A DNA stretch of 35,503 nt from a virus. Made by a program: the position numbers and the translations under genes. Positions 1-8,214 of the stretch are shown in pieces (position 1 is the first letter of the stretch; every line of letters starts with the position of its first letter). The stretch lies in IMG/VR virus record IMGVR_UViG_3300031539_000145; one strand, written 5' to 3'. The notes beneath the pieces were generated by a model. The model ran no database searches, had not been told where the DNA came from, and saw nothing but the letters and a program-made list of their open reading frames with translations.

Positions 1-127
1 ACGTCATCATCTGTGAGCTGAACCAAGGTGCCCCACTGAGCAACTCTTCTCTTTGGTGGTGCAGGCTGCCAAACTCCATTGATTTCTTCAAAGTCTGAGC
101 CCTTGCCAGCATCAGTGACCCAACCAC
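1..127. repeat. Terminal direct repeat, copy 1 (identical to 35377..35503). It implies a closed circular or terminally redundant genome of 35,376 bp.
   Basis: Base-by-base comparison: 1..127 (acgtcatcatctgtgagctg...gtgacccaaccac) equals 35377..35503 exactly. The repeat lies inside a coding frame, and 127 bp is a typical assembler k-mer overlap. Confidence 0.95.
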
Positions 128-509
128 CCTCACCACCCTGCTCTTCAATCGGGTTGAGAAGCTGCATGAGCAGGTATGCTGTCAGGGTCTTTGAGATGCC
201 CTCAGGTCTTTCTTCTCCCCCGGGTCTTGCTCTGATTCTGAAGAAGTCTGCAATGTCAGCTTCACTTAGGTCACACTTTCTTCTGACTCGGGTGCTGGCA
301 TTGATGTTGGAGTCAAGCAGATACTTGTCATCGATGAGTAGGGTTCTTGGTCTGTTGGTGATGAAGACGCCGTTCTCAGTGTGGGTGACAGCAAGGCTGC
401 TCTGCTTGTCAGTGGTGATGTTCTGCAGCCTTCTGAGCTCTTTGGCAATAACATTGAGCTTTGCGGCTGTTGGAATCTCACCCTTCTTGAAGAGTCTAAT
501 CTGCTGCAT
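1..509 (-). CDS. 5' part of a junction-spanning tail-tip/baseplate structural gene (425 aa once joined to 34608..35376)
   Basis: ATG at 509 on the minus strand, 10 nt after the stop of the 520..1650 ORF. I translated 509 down to 1 by hand (MQQIRLFKKGEIPTAAKLNVIAKELRRLQ...EEQGGEGGWVTDAGKGSDFEEINGVWQPAPPKRRVAQWGT) and found no stop. Through the repeat it is in frame with the 34608..35402 track ORF. It is missing from the ORF track because it runs off the window edge. Confidence 0.8.
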   Translation of the reverse strand, partial: MQQIRLFKKGEIPTAAKLNVIAKELRRLQNITTDKQSSLAVTHTENGVFITNRPRTLLIDDKYLLDSNINASTRVRRKCDLSEADIADFFRIRARPGGEERPEGISKTLTAYLLMQLLNPIEEQGGEGGWVTDAGKGSDFEEINGVWQPAPPKRRVAQWGTLVQLTDDD

Positions 510-519
510 CAATCACCTG

Positions 520-1650
520 TTACGGCAAGCCCCACTTTGCCCAATCCTCATCAACAGTGTTGTTCGGGTCAGGCTCACAGGGCAGAGCTCTGTCATATAC
601 TTCAACAAAGAAGGTCTGGAAGAGTTTAGGTGCTGCAACTTCAGACCTGAAATAATACTTGTCACCCACAGCAAAGGCAAAGGGATACCTTATTGTGACT
701 GTGCTGGTGTCACCAGTATATGCCACAACAACAGAGCCTGTCAGCCCTGAGCCACCTGCAGCAACAAGAATGAGGATGCCATTCCCAACTCTGCTGCCAG
801 AGGCAACCAAGATTGTTCTTGCATTGTCCTGATATAGCTCAACAGTTCTGGTGCCGGCCACATCAAAGAGCTTGACATAATAAACCCCGTAAAAATCAGA
901 GTTGCCCTTTGCCAAGCTGTCAGCACTCTCTTGGTCACCTGTTCTTTTGACGGCACCATTCAAGACCCAATTGCTGAGTTGAGCTGCACCATCATTGTCT
1001 TCTTCGATGACGATGATTCTATTGAGAATGAATTTCAGGCCATACTTCTGCAACTCAAAAAGCACACCTGTTGTCAATGTGCCAAGGTCACTTTCTTTGT
1101 CGTTTCTGACTCTCCACAGTTCTGCACCGGGAGTTGCTGCCTCATAGCATTGAAACTCAAACTCAAGAGCAGCATGTCTTTGCTGTGTATGAAAATCATA
1201 AGGGTTCAAGGCACCCACACCAGCATTGTCAATGTCTGCTCTGAGGTCAGGGCTGCCGGGGGATGGCAGCTCAGGTGGCGGGATGACATTGCACTCAACC
1301 GAGTCAGGCGGGGCTGCTGTGTACATGGCATCTTCAAGTGCATCCAAGACCTTGCCAATGGGGTCACTGGCACCGAGCAGAACAACATCCAACATGGGTG
1401 CAACACCCTCTCTCAGATACCTGCTGACAGTGCTGGCAGTGTCTGTCTGGGAAGACTTCAGCCTCTGCTCATCTGTCTGTCTCTGCCTCATGACATTGTT
1501 CAGCATGTCTCTTGTGTACTCAGACTCATTGAGCACTACCACATGCTCTGTGTTGATTGTCTCAAGGTCAACAATCATGGTCTGAAGTTCATTGTATCTT
1601 GCAATTGACTTGCCAATTGCCTTGAAGATTTCATCCCGGTCATAGGCCAC
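520..1650 (-). CDS. Tail-tip/baseplate-associated structural protein, 376 aa. Function is inferred from position only.
   Basis: Long ORF with a GTG start 6 nt after AAGGGGGG. It is the second gene downstream of the tape measure. I recognised no motif. Confidence 0.6.
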   Translation of the reverse strand: MAYDRDEIFKAIGKSIARYNELQTMIVDLETINTEHVVVLNESEYTRDMLNNVMRQRQTDEQRLKSSQTDTASTVSRYLREGVAPMLDVVLLGASDPIGKVLDALEDAMYTAAPPDSVECNVIPPPELPSPGSPDLRADIDNAGVGALNPYDFHTQQRHAALEFEFQCYEAATPGAELWRVRNDKESDLGTLTTGVLFELQKYGLKFILNRIIVIEEDNDGAAQLSNWVLNGAVKRTGDQESADSLAKGNSDFYGVYYVKLFDVAGTRTVELYQDNARTILVASGSRVGNGILILVAAGGSGLTGSVVVAYTGDTSTVTIRYPFAFAVGDKYYFRSEVAAPKLFQTFFVEVYDRALPCEPDPNNTVDEDWAKWGLP

Positions 1651-1662
1651 AGCCCACCCCCC

Positions 1663-2439
1663 TTATGTCTTGTCAGAGACTATTTCATTGAAGGCAGTTG
1701 TTTCATAGAGCTTTTCAGTGTACTCATCCCCGCCATCCTCAGGTTTGAACTGCAGCTCTTCCCACCTTGCCCTCACATTATTTCTGTCAATGTTTGTGCC
1801 GTTCCAAGCACACTCTACATGCCAACCCTTCTGCCAACTGATTTTTTCATTGTACACAAAGTTGAAAGACACAACCCAGAGTCTTCTGCCTGTCTCATCA
1901 GTGATGTCTCTCATGTTGGCACCTTGGAAGAGCCAGTGCTCTATGTCACCACCTGCCCAGACATCAGAGTTTACCTTGCCGATGACTTTTCTGAGTTTCT
2001 GAATATACTCATCCCGGTCAGCAACATTCATGTCAAAGGTGTACTCAATCAGTGGGTAGAAGGTGCCACCAATGCCATCTTCTTTCACCGGGTCTTTGCA
2101 GTCTTTCCACCTGCCACCTGCCCGGGTTCTCATCTCCCCACCAAACTGAATTGATTGATTGTATATCACATCAGTCTTCTGGCCTGCTTCTGAGCTCTCG
2201 GGGCTGTCATACTGAGCTGTGATGAGAGCTTTGGTATATCCCCCACCTACAACATTCTTGCCGATGCCTTCTATGTCAACCGAGCTGACAAACAATCCCG
2301 ACAAATCAGGGAAGGGGTCACCAATTTTGGGGGCAACACCATACCTCTCAGCCCAATCTGAATTGAAGATTCTGACTGCTTGCAAACCTGCCTTGGTGAT
2401 GGTGACTTTCCTGCTGCCTGTTTTTTCCACAAGTGCCAC
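1663..2439 (-). CDS. Putative distal tail protein (Dit-like by position), 258 aa
   Basis: It lies immediately downstream of the tape measure gene. The size (about 250 aa) and position are typical of siphovirus Dit. GTG start preceded by AAAGGGAG. Confidence 0.5.
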   Translation of the reverse strand: MALVEKTGSRKVTITKAGLQAVRIFNSDWAERYGVAPKIGDPFPDLSGLFVSSVDIEGIGKNVVGGGYTKALITAQYDSPESSEAGQKTDVIYNQSIQFGGEMRTRAGGRWKDCKDPVKEDGIGGTFYPLIEYTFDMNVADRDEYIQKLRKVIGKVNSDVWAGGDIEHWLFQGANMRDITDETGRRLWVVSFNFVYNEKISWQKGWHVECAWNGTNIDRNNVRARWEELQFKPEDGGDEYTEKLYETTAFNEIVSDKT

Positions 2440-2456
2440 TGCTCATCTCTCCCTTT

Positions 2457-4067
2457 TCATTGCAGTTTGCCAACATTTTTTATTTCATTCTGGATGCCTT
2501 GCAGTGCAACAGTTTGCTTGTGGAGTTCAATCAGGGATTTCTTGTCTTCTTCTGTTGCAGCTATTCTGTCAACACTGACTTTTATTTCAGGTGCCTTGGC
2601 AACCATTGTGGCTGCTCTTTTCCAGAGTTGCTGTGCACCAATCCATTCAGGTCTCTTTGCAGCCGGGGCTTCTCGTGGTGCTTTCACACCAAGGTCAATG
2701 TCTTCAAGTTTGAACTTGAAAGTGTTTTTGATTTCATCTGAAATTGTGGCAGCAGCATCTATGAAGCCTTGAAGTACGTTTCTTTTTTCAAGCCTGCCAA
2801 TTGCATCCATGACGCTTTCTGCTGCGTCTTGTGCTTTTTCTCTTGCAAGTGTAGCTGCAATTGCAGCATTTCTTTCAGCCTTGTCAAGCCTCTTGTTCTC
2901 TGCTATCTGGAAATGTAACCGTTCAATTGCTTGAATATCCTCAGTTCTTTCTTCAACCCATCTTTTTCGTTTCTCTCTGAGTGTTTGCTGGTCTGCGTAC
3001 CTCTCCCGGGCTGCTGCATCCTCTGCTGCTTTGGCAACTGCACCTAAGTCTCTTTCTCTTTGGAGATGGTATTCGTGCCCCCTCTTGGCAGTTTCATCTC
3101 TTGCGGTTGCTGAACTCCAAATATATTTTTCTTCTGCCCCCATCCATTTTTCAAAGTCTTTTATATACTGCCTGTTTGCCTCTCTGATTTCTCCAATCTT
3201 CTCACCGATAATGCCAGCACCCCTGACAACATGCTTGCCAAAGCTTAGAAATGCCACACCCACATCAGCGATAATGCCACCAAGTGTTTCAAGCTCATCT
3301 TCAGATTCTTTGATTGATTCAGTGAGCTCATTCATATTGTCAGAGGTCTCTTCAAGTGCACCTTTGCCCAATGCTTCCCATGCATCTGAAACTGCATTAG
3401 TCAGCTTTGCCCAAGCCCCGGCTGTAGTGTCACCAACAGTCTTTGCCAGACCACCAAACTTTTTCTCAAGAAGGTCAATTGCATAGCGGGCTTTCTCTTG
3501 AGCAGACATGGATTTCAATTGTTCATTCGTTGAACCTTTTAACTCTGCAATATACCTGCCGAGAATTTCAACGTTGCCTGTCATTGCCAACCCTACATAT
3601 CGGGCAGCAGTTCTGACATCAAACATGCCTGATTCAGCAATGTCGAAAACAAGACTGAGGTTCTTCATTGAGCCTTCAAAGTCATTGCTCAATGTTATGA
3701 GGTCTTGGAGAACGCTTCTTGTAACAGTGTCACCAAAGCGGGTGTATTTTTGCATTGAGGCTGCAAGCTCTTCGGTTCTTCTGACATTCTCTTCAGTGTC
3801 AACTGCCAATCTTTTCAACTGGTGCCTGAGCTGAACAGTCTGAAGCTGCTCTGCTGCTGCAGCCTTGGTTGCCTTAATCATGACAGCAGTGACAGCAGTG
3901 ATACCAGCAACAGCACCAGCAAATGCTACTTTTCCAAACCTTGACCACATCCTCTGCATCTTGCCAACAGATGTGGATGAGACTTTTTCAGACTCATTCA
4001 GCTTGGCTTTGAGCTGTGCATTTCTGGCAGTCAGAGCTAAGTATGCTGCACCAATCTGAGTTGCCAT
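2457..4067 (-). CDS. Tail tape measure protein (536 aa)
   Basis: Long, Ala/Glu/Lys-rich, coiled-coil-like sequence with a hydrophobic segment (FGKVAFAGAVAGITAVTAVMIKA), located after the G/T chaperone pair. I moved the start to the ATG at 4067 (GAAGTGGA + 6 nt; TGATG overlap with the upstream stop) from the track's TTG at 4070. Confidence 0.85.
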   Translation of the reverse strand: MATQIGAAYLALTARNAQLKAKLNESEKVSSTSVGKMQRMWSRFGKVAFAGAVAGITAVTAVMIKATKAAAAEQLQTVQLRHQLKRLAVDTEENVRRTEELAASMQKYTRFGDTVTRSVLQDLITLSNDFEGSMKNLSLVFDIAESGMFDVRTAARYVGLAMTGNVEILGRYIAELKGSTNEQLKSMSAQEKARYAIDLLEKKFGGLAKTVGDTTAGAWAKLTNAVSDAWEALGKGALEETSDNMNELTESIKESEDELETLGGIIADVGVAFLSFGKHVVRGAGIIGEKIGEIREANRQYIKDFEKWMGAEEKYIWSSATARDETAKRGHEYHLQRERDLGAVAKAAEDAAARERYADQQTLREKRKRWVEERTEDIQAIERLHFQIAENKRLDKAERNAAIAATLAREKAQDAAESVMDAIGRLEKRNVLQGFIDAAATISDEIKNTFKFKLEDIDLGVKAPREAPAAKRPEWIGAQQLWKRAATMVAKAPEIKVSVDRIAATEEDKKSLIELHKQTVALQGIQNEIKNVGKLQ

Positions 4068-4324
4068 CAAAATTCCACTTCTGGCATTTTAATGCCTGCC
4101 CGGTCACATGCCTCTTTGTATTTTTTCAAGGTCTCAGCAATCCAAGGCTTTTCTTCTTCAGGTTCAAACTCAAGCCACTTCATGTCATCCTCTGTGACTT
4201 TGAAAAGCTTTTTATAAGCTCTGAGCTGTGTCCTTGTCAGCCTTAAAACTTCCCAAGGTTTCAGACTGCAATCCCTGAGCAGCAAGACAAAAATACTTGA
4301 CCAGCTCAGCTTTCTGCCGGGGGG
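4067..4324 (-). CDS. Tail assembly chaperone, T part. Probably made only as a G-T fusion through a -1 frameshift.
   Basis: The track ORF 4067..4285 lies in the -1 frame relative to 4306..4722. That frame is open back to 4348, has no SD of its own, and overlaps the end of G, where the heptamer C CCC CCG sits (4324..4318). Confidence 0.6.
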   Translation of the reverse strand, partial: PPGRKLSWSSIFVLLLRDCSLKPWEVLRLTRTQLRAYKKLFKVTEDDMKWLEFEPEEEKPWIAETLKKYKEACDRAGIKMPEVEF

Positions 4325-4722
4325 TCTTCGGCGTTCCCCTCTTCTTCTGGCTCAAGAGTTCTGTTCATTTCAATGAACTGGTCAAAAGTCACAATATTTG
4401 AAGCTGTTTCTTTGTCGAGCTCTGGGTGCTCATGTAGAAGCTGCAGCCAGAGCTGATATTCAGAAGCATCAGCATCTGACATGTATTCAGCAGCTTCAAT
4501 CCTCAGCTCCTTGTGCTTGATGGTCAGGATGCGCTTCTGCAGCATCGCTTTCTCTTGACCGTCAAGCAGCTCAAGCCTTTGCTTCATGTCTTCAAACCAT
4601 CTGGCCTGAGCCCACCTGTTGAGCTTTGCCCAATCACCGAGACTCATGGGGGAGATTTTGTAGGTCACCCCCTTGTGCTTCACTTCAACTGGCTCTGCAG
4701 CCATTCCTGCCAAGTCGCTCAT
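4306..4722 (-). CDS. Tail assembly chaperone (gpG-like), 138 aa
   Basis: Acidic protein of about 140 aa between the major tail protein and the tape measure. GGAG + 6 nt + ATG. Confidence 0.7.
   Translation of the reverse strand: MSDLAGMAAEPVEVKHKGVTYKISPMSLGDWAKLNRWAQARWFEDMKQRLELLDGQEKAMLQKRILTIKHKELRIEAAEYMSDADASEYQLWLQLLHEHPELDKETASNIVTFDQFIEMNRTLEPEEEGNAEDPPAES
4318..4324 (-). promoter_or_regulatory. Candidate -1 programmed frameshift slippery heptamer C_CCC_CCG (G to GT)
   Basis: Minus-strand reading ...gaa gaC CCC CCG gca gaa agc tga. It fits X_XXY_YYZ in the G frame, 4 codons before the G stop. After a -1 slip the frame reads PGRKLSWSSIFVLLLRDCSLKPW..., continuing into the T ORF. Confidence 0.45.
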
Positions 4723-4771
4723 CGCTCACTCCATTCTGTGAAACCTGACAAACTGGAAATCAGCTCAGTTT

Positions 4772-5173
4772 CTACGGCACCGGGACATAAACCTTTGCCA
4801 GAGCACCTGTGCCTTGATATGTCACAGTAATCCTGATTTTGTCAGGCTGTGGCACAGTGGTTGTTGTTCCTGTGATTATAGCATCCCCGCTGAGCTTGGC
4901 ACCTGCCACATGGTCAATGAACAGCTCAAGGGCAACAACCTCACCCTCATTGATGTTGGGTGGGTCATTTGCAATGTCCTGAGCTGTGTCATAATTGAGC
5001 TCAAAACTGCCTGACCATCCGATGTTTGCCGGAATGAAATCTTTGACCCCTGCACTTTCATAGTCTGTGGTTTCAACCACATCCCCTTCAGTGTCAAGAG
5101 ACCAGTTGTCACACCCTGCAACCACAGTGGCTTCAGATGTGACCTGCCCGTTCTTGCCCGTCTTGTGAGCCAT
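4772..5173 (-). CDS. Major tail protein (133 aa)
   Basis: Sequence pattern NWSLDTEGDVVETTDYESAGVKDFIPANIGWSGSFELNYD is typical of TP901-1/phi13-type major tail proteins, and the position before the G/T chaperones fits. Start set to the third Met codon (GAAGGGAG + 6 nt + ATG at 5173); the track ORF starts at 5179. Confidence 0.8.
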   Translation of the reverse strand: MAHKTGKNGQVTSEATVVAGCDNWSLDTEGDVVETTDYESAGVKDFIPANIGWSGSFELNYDTAQDIANDPPNINEGEVVALELFIDHVAGAKLSGDAIITGTTTTVPQPDKIRITVTYQGTGALAKVYVPVP

Positions 5174-5193
5174 CAACATCTCCCTTCAAAAAA

Positions 5194-5607
5194 CTATTGT
5201 TTCTGCAACTGAACTTGATAATCAACCATGAAATCCCAAGCGTCATCTTCTGGGTCTCTCACAAGGTTGCTCACATCCCTTCTCATTTCTATGAAGTCAA
5301 AGCCTGCAACTGTGAGCTCACACTGGTCAAAGAGAGCCTTCAGCTTGGTGAACATGTCACCAACAGCTTTGGCATCCCGGTCAAAGCTGACCAAGGTGAA
5401 CTGAACAAGAGGGTCTTCCATGTTCGATGTGAAAGTCTCTTCATGACCGATATTGGGAAAGCCAAAAACAGCATAGTCTTTCTTGTCAGCTTCATCTGCA
5501 AACTGTGGTGCATCTTCAAGCCACAAGCCCCCGGGAGTCACAGCCTTGAAAGCTGCACCAGCCCCCGAGTTGTACCTTGCCATGATTGCTTCAGCCAGTG
5601 GTGTCAC
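5194..5607 (-). CDS. Tail completion/terminator-like neck protein (DUF3168-like), 137 aa
   Basis: Position directly upstream of the major tail protein, and the size fits. GTGA overlap with the upstream stop. Confidence 0.55.
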   Translation of the reverse strand: MTPLAEAIMARYNSGAGAAFKAVTPGGLWLEDAPQFADEADKKDYAVFGFPNIGHEETFTSNMEDPLVQFTLVSFDRDAKAVGDMFTKLKALFDQCELTVAGFDFIEMRRDVSNLVRDPEDDAWDFMVDYQVQLQKQ

Positions 5608-6026
5608 ACTGCCCCCTTCAGCATCTTCACAATCTTGCCCTGTTCACTTTTGAATGCCGGGATGAGAAATGGTCTTTTTGCCAGACCTCTCTTGGTGCCC
5701 TTCTCCAAGAAGAAGCCTTGCTTGAGGTTTGTGCCAATATGCCGGGTCAGCTTTGCAGGTTTGGATTTTGCAAGAGAAGCCCTGAGCCTGCCTGTCTGCA
5801 CAGCCGGGGCTTGACCCGGGGCAGAGCTTCTGGTCTTGAATTGCTTGGTGCTTTTCTTGCCCTTAGAACCTTTGGCTCTGTAGTCTTTCCCAGACTTGGG
5901 CTCTCTCATGAGCACTTTGATTTTGTTGAGAATGAGAATGCTGCCCTTGTCAAGAACCCTCTCGGTTTCTCTCTCAATCTTTGCCAGCACTTCTTTGGCT
6001 TTCCAGATGAAATTTTTTTCAGCCAT
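5604..6026 (-). CDS. HK97 gp10-family head-tail joining protein (140 aa)
   Basis: SAPGQAPAVQTGRLRASL...GTNLKQGFFLEKGTKRGLAKRPFLIPAF matches the HK97 gp10-family signature (PGxxPxxxTGxLxxS ... EfGT ... RPFl.PA). Start at the ATG at 6026 (GAAGAGAG + 6 nt). Confidence 0.8.
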   Translation of the reverse strand: MAEKNFIWKAKEVLAKIERETERVLDKGSILILNKIKVLMREPKSGKDYRAKGSKGKKSTKQFKTRSSAPGQAPAVQTGRLRASLAKSKPAKLTRHIGTNLKQGFFLEKGTKRGLAKRPFLIPAFKSEQGKIVKMLKGAV

Positions 6027-6352
6027 CACTTGCTCTCTTCAAGAATCAACTTCCAGTGGTGAGCAATCAGATGCCACTTGTCAACAAAGACAATGTCAAA
6101 CACTCTGCCATTGTGAACCACCCGGTCTTTCTGAGTGATGTCAGTGCCCTGTGGCAGTATGAACATCTTGAAGCTTGCCACCACCTCAAGCTTCTTGTAG
6201 GCTGCTCTCTCTGAAGCAGACAAAGCCTGAATGCTGCATTTCACATCAGCAATCAAGTCAGACCAGACCTCTTTCAGAGAGCCATCAGTCTCTTGACTTT
6301 CTGCAGCTCTCTGAATGGTTGCGGTTGTTTCAAAAAGGTCTTGAATGCTCAT
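6026..6352 (-). CDS. Head closure / head-tail adaptor protein (SPP1 gp16 / HK97 gp9-like), 108 aa
   Basis: Position and size fit, and the C-terminal pattern QKDRVVHNGRVFDIVFV is typical of this family. Start moved to the ATG at 6352, which forms an ATGA overlap with the connector stop. Confidence 0.7.
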   Translation of the reverse strand: MSIQDLFETTATIQRAAESQETDGSLKEVWSDLIADVKCSIQALSASERAAYKKLEVVASFKMFILPQGTDITQKDRVVHNGRVFDIVFVDKWHLIAHHWKLILEESK

Positions 6353-7218
6353 CCCAAACTGACCCTTCTCCACCTTGCAAGTTGTTCTGAATATCTTTCC
6401 ACAACAAACTCATCAACACTAACTTGAGTGTCAAACTTGGTATATGAGTAGTCACCGAGCTTCTCAGACTTCATGCCCTTGTTAACTGTGGCTTCTCTCA
6501 CTGCATCTGCAATGATGGCTGTGGCAAGCCCCACAAGGTCTGCAGGCAGCTCACTGACATCAGTGCCAAAGCCTGCAGTGTACTCAATGAACACTCTGCC
6601 ATCAGGGAAGCTGTCACACTTGGCTTCAATCCTGCCATTCTCCTGAGTCAGCACATATCCTGTGAAGAACGTGTCATAATCAGGCACCTGCAGCTCAGTG
6701 TAGTCAGGGCTCAGAGCTGGCATCCCGGGCTGTTCAACAAGGTCAGCACTCAGGTGGTTCTCATAGCCTGACCTGATGATTGCCTGCCATGCTTCACCAG
6801 CAAGAGCTTCAAGAGCATCCTTGAGCTTTGTGAGAGTGTCCTGAGTTGCAAGGTCAATTGCAGCAGCAGATTCGACATCACCCCACTGTTGGGTCAAGAC
6901 CTCACCATTGCTGAGCTCAACAGTTGCACCCTTCAGACCTGCCCGGGTTGTCTTCACCTGCATGACCCACCAGAGCCTTCTCACAATTCTCTTGACTCGG
7001 GTGACAGGGTACTGTGGCAAATAGAGAATGCTGCCAAACACAGTGTCAACAAAGTCTCTGTAGTCATGCAAATAAAATTCTCGGTCACAGTACCTTGCAA
7101 TGGAAGCAGAGAGCTGAGGGATGAGCTGATTGATGAGAGCATCCTTGCTGACATCACCAACAGCAATTCCCATGTAGGTCTTGACCAAAGCCAGAGTTGT
7201 CAGGTCACCAACAGCCAT
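6349..7218 (-). CDS. Head-tail connector protein with gp6-like N-terminal domain (289 aa, unusually long)
   Basis: The N-terminus DLTTLALVKTYMGIAVGDVSKDALINQLIPQLSASIARYCDREF is the classic gp6-like 'DNA packaging' connector motif. AGGGGG + 7 nt + ATG. Confidence 0.75.
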   Translation of the reverse strand: MAVGDLTTLALVKTYMGIAVGDVSKDALINQLIPQLSASIARYCDREFYLHDYRDFVDTVFGSILYLPQYPVTRVKRIVRRLWWVMQVKTTRAGLKGATVELSNGEVLTQQWGDVESAAAIDLATQDTLTKLKDALEALAGEAWQAIIRSGYENHLSADLVEQPGMPALSPDYTELQVPDYDTFFTGYVLTQENGRIEAKCDSFPDGRVFIEYTAGFGTDVSELPADLVGLATAIIADAVREATVNKGMKSEKLGDYSYTKFDTQVSVDEFVVERYSEQLARWRRVSLG

Positions 7219-7229
7219 GCTGCTGCCCC

Positions 7230-7427
7230 CTATTTCTTGGGCTTCTTCTTGCCCTGCTTCTTGACAGGCTTCACAACCTCAACAGGCTGCTTCTCCAATT
7301 CCATGAAGGTCTTGGGGTCACACTGCAGAGCTCTGCCTGCCTTGATGAGCTTGTGAGCCTCTTCTTCAGACAGCCAATCGAATTGACCATCCCTTCTTTT
7401 GATGAGAACTTTGCCTTCTCGGGTCAA
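7230..7427 (-). CDS. Small protein with polybasic C-terminal tail (65 aa)
   Basis: GAGGGGG + 6 nt + TTG at 7427. Product: (M)TREGKVLIKRRDGQFDWLSEEEAHKLIKAG...KPVKKQGKKKPKK. The N-terminal 24 aa of the track's 89-aa ORF (7230..7499) overlap the neighbouring gene and have no RBS. Confidence 0.6.
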   Translation of the reverse strand: MTREGKVLIKRRDGQFDWLSEEEAHKLIKAGRALQCDPKTFMELEKQPVEVVKPVKKQGKKKPKK

Positions 7428-7446
7428 AGGTTCACCCCCTCTCAGG

Positions 7447-7623
7447 TTATTTCTTCTTGCCCCCGCCTTTGCCGCCCTTCTTCTTGGGTGCCTTGGCAAC
7501 CATCTTGTTGCTGTACTCCCTGAAGTCCTTTGACTTCAAAAGCTCTGCGGCTCTGCCAGAGGGCACCATGCTCACTGCCTTGGTCTTGGTATTGACTACT
7601 CTCACATGTCTCTCTCTTGACAT
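7447..7623 (-). CDS. Small protein with polybasic C-terminal tail (58 aa), absent from the ORF track
   Basis: GAGGGGAG + 6 nt + ATG at 7623. Hand translation: MSRERHVRVVNTKTKAVSMVPSGRAAELLKSKDFREYSNKMVAKAPKKKGGKGGGKKK, stop TAA at 7449..7447. It falls below the 60-aa track cut-off. Confidence 0.6.
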   Translation of the reverse strand: MSRERHVRVVNTKTKAVSMVPSGRAAELLKSKDFREYSNKMVAKAPKKKGGKGGGKKK

Positions 7624-7666
7624 CGAAAACTCCCCTCACTCATCTGCTCATCCAAAGTTTAGGTCA

Positions 7667-7695
7667 GGGGCTGCAGGATGAGCTTCTACAGCCCC
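7667..7695 (-). terminator. Stem-loop downstream of the head-module paralog genes (10-bp stem with one G.U pair, 9-nt loop)
   Basis: Plus strand: ggggctgcag-gatgagctt-ctacagcccc. It lies 44 nt after the stop at 7739. No clear U-tract, so it could be an attenuator or processing site rather than a strong terminator. Confidence 0.45.
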
Positions 7696-7738
7696 CGCCC
7701 ACTGAAGCACAAGGCATCCAGCTCAACAACTTGGGCTT

Positions 7739-8167
7739 TTACTCCCAAGTATTGTAGAGAAAGTCAGCCCCGATTTTGTTTTCAAAGGCTTGATGCGGGG
7801 CATGAAGAGCTGCTGCAATTGTAGCATTGCAGATGGTGCCAAAGCCTGAATTGTCAATGACCAGAGCAACCCATGGCTTGCCTTCCACCAAGTCTTCTGC
7901 CTTCACTTCCATTACAGCCACCTTGTCTTCATCTATGACACCGGGGGTGCCAATCTTGAGGTCTGAGGGATTCGTGCCAACAGAGTCTTCTGCAGACCTC
8001 AAGCCAATCTGCATTGAGGGTGTGCCAGCCACCACCTTCATGTCAGCAATGAAAGCAGCTCTGTCAAACTCTCTCATGTCATAATACTTTGAGGTTGCCT
8101 GAGAGTCTTCCAACACAGTTGTTGGAAGTGCAACATCAACCAGCATATTGTCAGACAACTTGTGCAC
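7739..8167 (-). CDS. Head-module paralog 1 (142 aa); possible decoration/auxiliary capsid protein
   Basis: GAAGGGAG + 6 nt + GTG. By eye it is about half identical to 8215..8649 (MHKLSDNMLV..ALPTT...DMREFD.AAF.AD ... H.AFENKIGADFL.N.WE). It lies between the MCP and the connector. Confidence 0.6.
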   Translation of the reverse strand: MHKLSDNMLVDVALPTTVLEDSQATSKYYDMREFDRAAFIADMKVVAGTPSMQIGLRSAEDSVGTNPSDLKIGTPGVIDEDKVAVMEVKAEDLVEGKPWVALVIDNSGFGTICNATIAAALHAPHQAFENKIGADFLYNTWE

Positions 8168-8214
8168 TCTTGACTCCCTTCTGAAAGCTCAACAGAGAGC
8201 TCACCCCTTGGTTT

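Noticed and set aside
79-1608. Long plus-strand ORFs (79..750, 381..629, 931..1608, 1226..1585) opposite the tail genes. Similar antisense ORFs occur elsewhere, e.g. 18347..19111(-), 24670..25209(-), 25022..25537(-), 26754..27452(-) and 31981..32544(+).
   Set aside because: The products are low-complexity and rich in Ser, Leu, Cys and Pro. None has a conserved RBS, and all lie antisense to well-supported genes. Purine/pyrimidine strand asymmetry depletes stop codons on the antisense strand and accounts for them.
7230-7499. The 89-aa track ORF, and the 65-aa ORF at 7442..7639, taken as single genes
   Set aside because: The conserved RBS-plus-spacing rule supports two non-overlapping genes instead (7447..7623 and 7230..7427). 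The track versions overlap each other in different frames and have no RBS at their own starts.
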